Origin: Desulfatirhabdium butyrativorans
GTDB taxonomy: Bacteria; Desulfobacterota; Desulfobacteria; Desulfobacterales; JAIFKL01
NCBI GenBank assembly: GCA_022736535.1
Contig: DZCT01000002.1
Span: 1 to 38,370, forward strand
Direction of reading: 5' to 3'
Length of the DNA: 38,370 bases
In this document: positions 18,133-25,574 of the stretch, piece by piece
How positions within the stretch are numbered: the first letter of the stretch is position 1
How the letters are laid out: each line of letters starts with the position of its first letter
Notes under the pieces: model-generated
The model's input: only the letters and a program-made list of their open reading frames with translations
What the model was told of the DNA's origin: nothing
The model's database searches: none
Made by a program: the position numbers and the translations under genes

Positions 18133-21100
18133 ATGTTTGCCAAAAAAAATGTAAAGAATATCTGCGCATTGACGCCGCTTCAGGAAGGCATTCTTTTTCA
18201 TGCGCTGTACAGCAAGGAAAATGCAACTTATTTTGAACAATTCAACTATCATATCTCCGGAAAGACAGATATTCCGCTGTTTGAAGCCGCCTGGAATGAA
18301 CTGATGCGGCGGCATGATATTTTCAGAACCGTGTTTGTGCATAAAAATGTGCCCCAGCCCTTACAGATTGTTCTCAAAGAACGCAAGATTGACTTTACTT
18401 TTGAAGACATCCGCAGTCTCAGCCCGGAAGCGCAGCGGGACCGCTGGCTCGTTTACAGAGAAAAAGATAAGAAAAGATATTTTGACCTGAGCAAAGATGC
18501 GCTGATGCGGGTGGCGGTGTTTCAACTGGCTGAAAATTCATTCAATATAACATGGAGCTTTCATCACATCGTCATGGACGGCTGGAGCGTGGGCATTGTT
18601 TATGACGAGCTGATTACTCTTTATCATTCCATGAGAAACGGAAACACAACGACACTGCCGGCGCCCGTGTCTTTCGGCGAGTATGTGAAATGGCTGAAAA
18701 AACAGGATACCGAAGCTGCAAAAGACTACTGGCGGAAATATTTGGCAGACTACCGCCGCCTGACCGGTTTGCCTCGTATTCTCGGAGAAAAGAAAAAAGA
18801 ATTTGTCAAAAAGACTTTTGAGTTCAAACTTTCTGAAACCATGTCTCAAGGATTGCGGGATACGGCTGCCCGGCATCATGTGACCGTCAACACGGTGATT
18901 CAGGTGATCTGGGGTATTCTTTTGGGGAAATACAACGATGCGACAGATGCGGTCTTTGCCGCAACCGTTTCGGGCAGACCTGCTGATCTCAAAGGTGTTG
19001 AGCGCATTGTCGGACTTTTTATCAATGCGATTCCGGTCCGCATTCAGATGAGACAGGGACAGACGACAGAAGCTTTGCTGCAAAAGACGCATCATGACGC
19101 TGCGGAAAACAAAGACTACCATTATTACTCGCTGGCAGACATTCAGTCAGAGACGCTTCTCAAACAGCGCCTTCTGGATCATCTTCTGATATTTGAAAGT
19201 TATCCGGATTTGGGGAAGTCGGAAGGACGCGGGGAGACCGAGTTTGTCATTGACGAGTTTGAACAGTTTGAACTCACCAACTATGATCTTTCCGTACAGG
19301 TTTTTCCGGAAGAGACATTTCATTTCTGTGTTATTTATAACGCTTCGGTTTATGAGCAAAACATAATAGAAAAGATTGAACCGCATCTGAAAACAATTAT
19401 TGAGTCAATTCTGAAAGATGCAGAAGTCGAACCGTCACAAATTGCGCTGCTTTCACCTGATGAGCAGGAGACATATCGGAAAGCTGCAAATGAGATAAAT
19501 GAGTCATTGCTGAAACTGCCTGTGCAGAGAGACGGAGCAAGAAGTTTGTCGGCAGTTTATGCAGAGCCGGAAAACGAGGCGCAGGAAAAATTGGTCTCGA
19601 TATGGAAAGAAGTCATGAATGTCGGGACCCTCGGCATTGATGACAACTTTTTTGAACTGGGCGGACACAGCCTGATGGCAACCCGGATTGTCTCCCGCAT
19701 CCATAAGATATTTGAAGTCGAAATCACCTTGCAGGAATTTTTTGACCGTCCGAATGTGAGGAAATTAAGCGAAGTCATTTCCCGGCACGCTGCCGCCGCG
19801 TATTCGGAGATTGAAGTCATTCCCGAACAGGAAGACTACGAAGTCTCCCATTCTCAGCGCAGACTCTGGATTTTAGACCGGATGGAAGAAAATTTCATTG
19901 CTTATAATCAGTCTGCGGGTTTTCTTTTTAAAGGAGATATGGACATTCCCGCGTTAAAACGTGCAGTTCGCTCGGTCTGCCGGCGGCATGAATCCCTGAG
20001 AACCGTCTTTGTTATGAAAGACGGAACGCCGAGACAGAAAATTCAGGCAGCCTCGCAAGTTGAGATTACAGAAACTGACTTGAGCCGTGCGGAGAATAAA
20101 GAAGATATAGCAAAAAATTATGCAAGGAAAGAGGCAACGCTTCCTTTTGATTTGGAAAAGGGACCCCTGTTGAGAGTCAGCATCCTGCGGCTTACAGATG
20201 ACTCCCGTTTATTGCTCATAAATATTCATCATATTATCTGCGACGGCTGGTCGGTTGTGCTTTTTGAAAATGAGATATTGACGCTGTATAAATCCTTTAC
20301 AGAAGGGCATGAAGCGGATTTATCTCCTTTGAAAATACAGTACAAAGACTACTCGGCATGGCATAACCGGCTTTTGGAAAGCGAGAATATCCGGGCGCAT
20401 CAGGCATACTGGCATCAGAAATTATCCGGCGAACTGCCGGTACTGAATCTCCCGACAGATTACCCGCGTCCCGCTACACTGAGCTATAAGGGAAACACCG
20501 TAACGCATGTTCTGAACGCCGAACTTTCCGCATCTCTTGATCAATTTTGCAGAGAAAAGCAAGTCAGTCTTTTTATGACTCTGCTCGCGGGCGCAAAAGT
20601 GCTGCTGCACCGCTATACGGGACAGAACGACATCATCATCGGTTCGCCGATTGCCGGCAGAATTCACCCGGATTTGGAACATCAGATCGGTTTCTTTGTG
20701 AACACGCTTGCCCTGAGAGATACGGTTCTCGGCGATGAAAGTTTTATGACGCTGCTGTCAAAGGTGAAGCAGACCACGCTTGAGGCATACCAGCATCAGG
20801 TTTACCCTTTTGACAAGCTGGTAGAAGAACTTGATGTTCAGCGGGACATCAGCCGCTCGCCGATTTTTGACGTGATGCTCGTTTTGCAGAATACCGACGA
20901 GATAAAAACTGATCTGCCGAATGTGGAGATAAAGCCTTTTGCTTATGAAACCGGCGTGAGTCAGTTTGATCTCACGCTGATTTTCACGCAGGATGAGGGA
21001 AAACTCCGGCTCGACATGAACTGCAACACCGATCTGTTTGCAAATGAGACAATCCTGCGGATGGGAAGGCATTTCGAGGAAGTGCTGAAAAGCATTCTGT

Positions 21101-24100
21101 CAGCGCCGGAGCATCAGATTCGGAACATAAACCTGTTGAGCGCGGCAGAGAAACAGCAGATTCTCTTTGACTTTAACAACACCAAAGCCCCGTATCCCGA
21201 AGACAAGACATTGGCTGATCTCTTTGAAGAACAAGTCATCAGGACGCCGGACAATATCGCGGTCATTTTTGAGGAAAAGCAGATGACTTACAGGGAACTG
21301 AATGACGCGGCAGACCGGCTCGCGCATGATCTCAGAGACAAGTATCAGATTCAGCCTGATGATCTGGTTGCTGTGATGATGAAGCGTAGCGAACAGCTCA
21401 TTGTCTCATTGCTGGGAATTTTGAAAGCAGGCGGCGCGTATCTGCCCATAGACCCCGCCTATCCTCAGAAAAGAATTGACTACATGCTCAACGACAGCGC
21501 ATGTAAGGTTTGCATAGGGGTACGGGGTACGGGGTTAGAGGTTCGGGGGGCGGGGGCCGCCCCTCGCACCTCTAACCTCAAACCTCAAACCTCGAACCTC
21601 GCCTACGTCATCTACACCTCCGGTTCTACCGGACAGCCCAAAGGCGTTATGATTGAACACCGCGGGTTTGTAAACATGACGCTGGATCAGATCAGAGGCT
21701 TCGGCGTGTCGGAATCGGATCGGGTGTTGCAGTTTTCTTCTCCTTCTTTTGACGCGTCATTGTCTGAGATATTCATGGCATTGCTCAAAGGCGCGGCATT
21801 GGTCATGATTTCGACAGACACGATTAATGACTCACATCGTTTTCTCGAATATATTGAGAGACATAAGGTAAGCGTGATTACCTTTCCGCCGGTCTATCTG
21901 AATATGCTCAACAAACATCCGCTGCCCACGGTCAGAACCATTATCACCGCGGGCGAACCCGCCATTCTCGGCGATGTGCTGTTTTACTGCAAAGACAGAC
22001 AGTATTTCAACGCCTACGGGCCTACGGAAACATCGGTCTGCACCTCATATTACAGAGTGCCGCCTGATTTCCGTGCGCCCTATTCCGGGTTCCGCATTCC
22101 CATCGGCGCGCCCATCGCCAATTCCTCTGTTTTTATTGTGGATGAGTCAATACAGCCCGTGCCGGTAGGCGTGACGGGAGAAATCTGTTTTTCGGGCGTG
22201 GGACTTGCCAGGGGGTATCTCAACAAGCCGGAACTGACCGCAGAGAAATTTGTCGAAAATCCTTTTCACCCCGGAACCCGGCTGTACAAAATCGGCGATC
22301 TGGGAAAATGGCTTCCGGACGGCAATATTGTTTTTCTCGGGAGAAAAGACGATCAGGTAAAAGTCAGAGGCTTCCGCATCGAACTGGGAGAAATCGAAAG
22401 CCGCCTGAAACAGCATCCGCAAATAACAGACGCATTGGTTCTGGCTGTGGGGGAAAACGAAAACTCAAGGCAATTAGTCGCATATCTCATTACGCATTCG
22501 GAAATAAATCTGGGAGAAATGAGAAATTTTCTGGGCGAAAGTCTTCCGCCTTTTATGATGCCGAATCATTTTGTGAGTCTTGAAAAATTCCCGCTCACCG
22601 TAAACGGAAAAATTGACAAGCGGGCTTTGCCCGGCGTTTCATCGGATTTGTCTCACGGACCGGATGATATGCCGCCCCGGAACGAGACAGAAGCAACACT
22701 TCTGAATGTCTGGAAAAAACTGTTTCAGAAAGAGAAAATCGGCATTTATGATGACTTCTTCGCGCTCGGCGGCGATTCCGTCAAAGCCATTCAGACCGTA
22801 TCGCTGCTGCATGAGCAAAACCTGAAGGTCAGAGCCAAAGATATTTTTCAATACCCCACAGTTGCACAGTTGGCTAAAGCCGCTGTTTTGTCCGGGCGCG
22901 GTCTTGCAGCAAATCAGGAGATGATTTCCGGCTATGTGCCGCTGACCCCGATTACCGCATGGTTTTTTAAAGAATTTACGGTTGACAGACATCACTTCAA
23001 CCATTCCGACCTGTTCTGTGTCAGAGAAAGGCTTGACGAAGACGCGCTGCGCGCCGCGTTTGCAAAGATACAGGAACACCATGACGCGCTGAGAATGCGC
23101 TGCCGCTTTGAAAACGGAAACTGGAAATTGGAAATTGCGGGAGACAATTATCCCCTGCATTTTGAAGTAACAGATTTGCGAAACTCGGAACAGGCGGTTT
23201 CGGAACTGGAATCCCACGCACAGCAGCTTCAGTCAAGCCTGAATTTGAAGAAAGGTCCTCTGATGAAAGCGGTTTTGTTCCGAATGCCTCATCCGGAGTG
23301 TCAAAATGAAATTTTGACAAGCACAGACCGGCTGCTGATTATCGTGCATCATCTCGTGATTGACGGCGTTTCATGGCGTTTTTTTCTGGAAGACCTTTTG
23401 CGGGGATATGAGCAGTATTTATCAAATAAGACCGTTACCCTGCCCCCGAAAAGCGATTCTTTCAAAGAATGGGCGGAAGGGATTCAGACATACAGCAGCA
23501 GCGATGAACTGCTCGGAGAAAAAGAATATTGGCGGCAGTTGGAAGCAACGCCGACCGGAGAACTGCCATGGGATGATGATTCCTCCCCCTCAGACACGGA
23601 TGAGGCGCGGATGAAGCATACCTTCACAGCCGATTTTAACTTGTCTCAGGCGGAAACCGAAATGCTTCTGACCTGTAGAGACGCAACATTTTGTGTCTCT
23701 GACGCGGCGAGAACCGATGAACTGCTGCTCACCGCACTGGCATGGGCGCTGAAACAATGGCACGGACATGACAGAACGCTGATTCATCTTGAAGGACACG
23801 GACGGGAAGATATTGTCAGGGGGACCGATGTCAGCCGGACCGTCGGCTGGTTCACGGCGGTTTATCCGGTGATCTTAGATTCGCCGGACGCATCTGATGC
23901 GGTGCAGATCGGGACAATTAAAGGCATTCTGCGAAATATTCCCAACCGGGGCATGGGATACGGGATTCTGAAATATGTGACGCCCTCGGCATATAAACAG
24001 GAATTGAAGTTCAATTTAAAGCCCCGCATCAGTTTCAACTATCTGGGTGAAATGGAGGCTTACGGAACCGGCATTTTTGAAAGGGCAACCGAATCCTGCG

Positions 24101-24288
24101 GCAATGCGGTCAGCCCGGACGCAAAGCTTATCCATGATATAGACATCAATGCGGTCATCATTGAAAAAAAACTGCATATTGACCTGACGGCAAACGGCTT
24201 GAAGTGCCGCCCCGAGCGCATTGAAAAAATTTTATCGGATTTTAAAAATAAATTGAAAGAAATAATTGCAAAGTGTGAAAAAATATGA
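18133..24288 (+). CDS. Non-ribosomal peptide synthetase: C-T (no A domain) followed by C-A-T-E; no release domain
   Basis: C1: LTPLQEGILFH, RHDIFRTVF, HHIVMDGW (from 18562). T: FFELGGHSL (Ser 19669-19671). C2: SHSQRRLWILD, RHESLRTVF, HHIICDGW (from 20227). A: LAYVIYTSGSTGQPKG (from 21598), NAYGPTETS, YKIGDLGKW, GRKDDQVKVRGFRIELGEIE, NGKIDKRALP. T: GGDSV (Ser 22777-22779). E: HHLVIDGVSW (from 23347), EGHGRE, RTVGWFT, FNYLGE. The protein ends ..IIAKCEKI with no thioesterase or reductase motif. Confidence 0.95.
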   Translation: MFAKKNVKNICALTPLQEGILFHALYSKENATYFEQFNYHISGKTDIPLFEAAWNELMRRHDIFRTVFVHKNVPQPLQIVLKERKIDFTFEDIRSLSPEAQRDRWLVYREKDKKRYFDLSKDALMRVAVFQLAENSFNITWSFHHIVMDGWSVGIVYDELITLYHSMRNGNTTTLPAPVSFGEYVKWLKKQDTEAAKDYWRKYLADYRRLTGLPRILGEKKKEFVKKTFEFKLSETMSQGLRDTAARHHVTVNTVIQVIWGILLGKYNDATDAVFAATVSGRPADLKGVERIVGLFINAIPVRIQMRQGQTTEALLQKTHHDAAENKDYHYYSLADIQSETLLKQRLLDHLLIFESYPDLGKSEGRGETEFVIDEFEQFELTNYDLSVQVFPEETFHFCVIYNASVYEQNIIEKIEPHLKTIIESILKDAEVEPSQIALLSPDEQETYRKAANEINESLLKLPVQRDGARSLSAVYAEPENEAQEKLVSIWKEVMNVGTLGIDDNFFELGGHSLMATRIVSRIHKIFEVEITLQEFFDRPNVRKLSEVISRHAAAAYSEIEVIPEQEDYEVSHSQRRLWILDRMEENFIAYNQSAGFLFKGDMDIPALKRAVRSVCRRHESLRTVFVMKDGTPRQKIQAASQVEITETDLSRAENKEDIAKNYARKEATLPFDLEKGPLLRVSILRLTDDSRLLLINIHHIICDGWSVVLFENEILTLYKSFTEGHEADLSPLKIQYKDYSAWHNRLLESENIRAHQAYWHQKLSGELPVLNLPTDYPRPATLSYKGNTVTHVLNAELSASLDQFCREKQVSLFMTLLAGAKVLLHRYTGQNDIIIGSPIAGRIHPDLEHQIGFFVNTLALRDTVLGDESFMTLLSKVKQTTLEAYQHQVYPFDKLVEELDVQRDISRSPIFDVMLVLQNTDEIKTDLPNVEIKPFAYETGVSQFDLTLIFTQDEGKLRLDMNCNTDLFANETILRMGRHFEEVLKSILSAPEHQIRNINLLSAAEKQQILFDFNNTKAPYPEDKTLADLFEEQVIRTPDNIAVIFEEKQMTYRELNDAADRLAHDLRDKYQIQPDDLVAVMMKRSEQLIVSLLGILKAGGAYLPIDPAYPQKRIDYMLNDSACKVCIGVRGTGLEVRGAGAAPRTSNLKPQTSNLAYVIYTSGSTGQPKGVMIEHRGFVNMTLDQIRGFGVSESDRVLQFSSPSFDASLSEIFMALLKGAALVMISTDTINDSHRFLEYIERHKVSVITFPPVYLNMLNKHPLPTVRTIITAGEPAILGDVLFYCKDRQYFNAYGPTETSVCTSYYRVPPDFRAPYSGFRIPIGAPIANSSVFIVDESIQPVPVGVTGEICFSGVGLARGYLNKPELTAEKFVENPFHPGTRLYKIGDLGKWLPDGNIVFLGRKDDQVKVRGFRIELGEIESRLKQHPQITDALVLAVGENENSRQLVAYLITHSEINLGEMRNFLGESLPPFMMPNHFVSLEKFPLTVNGKIDKRALPGVSSDLSHGPDDMPPRNETEATLLNVWKKLFQKEKIGIYDDFFALGGDSVKAIQTVSLLHEQNLKVRAKDIFQYPTVAQLAKAAVLSGRGLAANQEMISGYVPLTPITAWFFKEFTVDRHHFNHSDLFCVRERLDEDALRAAFAKIQEHHDALRMRCRFENGNWKLEIAGDNYPLHFEVTDLRNSEQAVSELESHAQQLQSSLNLKKGPLMKAVLFRMPHPECQNEILTSTDRLLIIVHHLVIDGVSWRFFLEDLLRGYEQYLSNKTVTLPPKSDSFKEWAEGIQTYSSSDELLGEKEYWRQLEATPTGELPWDDDSSPSDTDEARMKHTFTADFNLSQAETEMLLTCRDATFCVSDAARTDELLLTALAWALKQWHGHDRTLIHLEGHGREDIVRGTDVSRTVGWFTAVYPVILDSPDASDAVQIGTIKGILRNIPNRGMGYGILKYVTPSAYKQELKFNLKPRISFNYLGEMEAYGTGIFERATESCGNAVSPDAKLIHDIDINAVIIEKKLHIDLTANGLKCRPERIEKILSDFKNKLKEIIAKCEKI
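19570..19783 (+). other. Carrier (T) domain of an adenylation-less C-T module inside NRPS3
   Basis: ENEAQEKLVSIWKEVMNVGTLGIDDNFFELGGHSLMATRIVSRIHKIFEVEITLQEFF follows the first C domain after a short linker. No A-domain core motif lies between them. Domain boundaries are approximate. Confidence 0.8.
21517..21600 (+). repeat. Palindromic heptamer-repeat element, intragenic and in frame (A domain of NRPS3)
   Basis: Twelve contiguous 7-mers. G-rich arm: GGGGTAC GGGGTAC GGGGTTA GAGGTTC GGGGGGC GGGGGCC. C-rich arm: GCCCCTC GCACCTC TAACCTC AAACCTC AAACCTC GAACCTC. GGTTAGAGGT (21533-21542) and ACCTCTAACC (21568-21577) are exact reverse complements. 84 nt = 28 codons, translated GVRGTGLEVRGAGAAPRTSNLKPQTSNL. 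Confidence 0.9.
23292..23323 (+). repeat. Small palindromic element, family 2, intragenic and in frame (E domain of NRPS3)
   Basis: TCCGGAGTGTCAAAATGAAATTTTGACAAGCA. Perfect 9-bp stem TGTCAAAAT / ATTTTGACA with loop GAA. It encodes part of HPECQNEILTS, 10 residues absent from the two sister E domains. Confidence 0.85.
23676..23701 (+). repeat. Small palindromic element, family 3, intragenic and in frame (E domain of NRPS3)
   Basis: TAGAGACGCAACATTTTGTGTCTCTG matches the intergenic palindrome at 33258-33283 at 23 of 26 positions. The stem keeps a G-U wobble on the + strand RNA. It encodes CRDATFCVSD in place of the (K/N)VNHAY(N/H)T motif of the sister E domains. Confidence 0.8.
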
Positions 24289-24291
24289 TAC

Positions 24292-24322
24292 TTGACAATC
24301 CATTTATTTCATGCCATATAAA
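24292..24322 (+). promoter_or_regulatory. Candidate sigma70-type promoter for the downstream export/hydrolase genes
   Basis: TTGACA at 24292-24297. TATAAA at 24317-24322 gives a 19-nt spacer, or CATATA at 24315-24320 gives a 17-nt spacer. It lies 4 nt after the NRPS3 stop and ~215 nt upstream of ATG 24538. Pattern match only. Confidence 0.3.
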
Positions 24323-24404
24323 AATAAAGTTTTTATATATTTCCCGTTTCAATGTTCTGCGTCCTCTGTTTCGGACTGTTCCATGCCGTGACGCACGCAG
24401 CCGT

Positions 24405-24482
24405 AAAGCGAGTTTGAAACTCGCTTTGCAATGCAGAGCGGGGTTGTCAAATCTTGCGCAGGGTAAGCACGGGGGCTTACCC
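24405..24482 (+). other. Two stable hairpins in the 250-nt spacer upstream of 24538
   Basis: AAAGCGAGTTT g AAACTCGCTTT (24405-24427) and GGGTAAGC acgggg GCTTACCC (24461-24482). Neither is followed by a T-run. Confidence 0.5.
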
Positions 24483-24537
24483 TTACGAACAGTGTTGATT
24501 AAAGAAAATTTCAAAAAAAGATCAGGAGGAAGAAAAG

Positions 24538-25479
24538 ATGAAAAGGGTGGTGAAATGTGTCTTTTGTCTGTGGGTAATTTCTTTGCTCATAAATGCCCCG
24601 CTGGCCGCTTTTGCAGAGCAGGAATCAGCTCAGGCATCTGTAGAAGGCGACGCCGAGAAACAGAAAAAGGACCTGGGGGAATGGTGGAACAGGAATCCGC
24701 TGACATACAGTCCGGTCCCGGATGAATTTCTCTATCATCTGGAAGCGACTTATGACTGGAGCCGGCAGACCGGCAATTTTACCAATGACAAGCATGACCT
24801 CAGCGCGCTGCTGACGCTGAGAAAAAACATTTTTACCTATAACGTCCGATATGCGTTGGACAAGCGGAATGCGTCCAGACCGTATCCGCCGCCGTATCAG
24901 GACGACAACAAAGACCTTCGGAAAAGCACCCGGCATGAAATCCACAATGATTTCAGGATGGCACTCACAGACCGCATCATTGCATCCGTGGGCATGTTCT
25001 GGCTCAAAGACGACTACATCAAAATCGAGAACCGTTCTACCTATTACGGCGGGCTGGGCTATACTGTGTTCAGACATCCGAGACTGAAAATAGATATCTT
25101 CGGCGCTTATGCTTATGAAGAACAGGATCATACCGACGAGTACCATGAGGATTATCTGAAAATGCAGGACTGGGGGCAGACCGCCGGTGCGAACTATGAC
25201 AGCGGAACCGAAATGTACAGTCTGCTTTATCTTTATCAGTCAGCCAGATGTTATGTGACCCGCTCTCTGGTATTGAATGAAAGCATTCATTATTTTCTGA
25301 ATCCGGATGACAGCGACAAGTACCGCTGGAAATTCAATGTGAGCGCGGACATCAAAATCATAGAACATATTTTTGCCACTCTCAGTTACGATGAGACTTA
25401 TGACAATTCGCCTGAATCCATAATGGGAATCCGCAAAAGAGATTCTTCCATCGGCGCAGGTGTAAAAATAAGTTTTTGA
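24538..25479 (+). CDS. Secreted protein, probable outer-membrane beta-barrel
   Basis: AGGAGG sits 8 nt upstream. Signal peptide MKRVVKCVFCLWVISLLINAPLAAFA|EQ. The body has alternating hydrophobic/polar, Tyr/Asp/Asn-rich strands. The C-terminus GAGVKISF ends in Phe, as in many OM barrels. Family assignment (possibly DUF481/YdiY-like) is uncertain. Confidence 0.6.
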   Translation: MKRVVKCVFCLWVISLLINAPLAAFAEQESAQASVEGDAEKQKKDLGEWWNRNPLTYSPVPDEFLYHLEATYDWSRQTGNFTNDKHDLSALLTLRKNIFTYNVRYALDKRNASRPYPPPYQDDNKDLRKSTRHEIHNDFRMALTDRIIASVGMFWLKDDYIKIENRSTYYGGLGYTVFRHPRLKIDIFGAYAYEEQDHTDEYHEDYLKMQDWGQTAGANYDSGTEMYSLLYLYQSARCYVTRSLVLNESIHYFLNPDDSDKYRWKFNVSADIKIIEHIFATLSYDETYDNSPESIMGIRKRDSSIGAGVKISF

Positions 25480-25490
25480 GAAGTGAGCAA

Positions 25491-25560
25491 CAGGTTCGAG
25501 GTTTGGGGTTCGAGGTTCGAGGACTTCTCCCGCACCCGCACTCCGTACCCCGTACCCCAT
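25491..25560 (+). repeat. Palindromic heptamer-repeat element, intergenic copy
   Basis: CAGGTTC GAGGTTT GGGGTTC GAGGTTC GAGGACT | TCTCCCG CACCCGC ACTCCGT ACCCCGT ACCCCAT. The right arm ACCCCGTACCCC is the reverse complement of the GGGGTACGGGGT seen at 21517. It lies between the stop at 25479 and the start at 25575. Confidence 0.9.
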
Positions 25561-25574
25561 CTGGGAGAAAAAAA

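Noticed and set aside
23900-24288. Thioesterase, reductase or terminal condensation domain at the end of NRPS3
   Set aside because: The sequence after FNYLGE is only the normal C-terminal part of an E domain. There is no GxSxG or NAD-binding motif, and the protein stops at ..IIAKCEKI.
24285-24725. 146-aa + strand ORF spanning the NRPS3-OMP spacer
   Set aside because: It translates the repeat/hairpin spacer and then runs out of frame through the start of the signal-peptide-bearing gene at 24538. It has no motif.
25476-25574. N-terminal extension of the S12 hydrolase ORF (MRSEQQVRGLGFEVRGLL..)
   Set aside because: The extension is the translation of the heptamer palindrome. The ATG at 25575 has an RBS and yields a canonical signal peptide.
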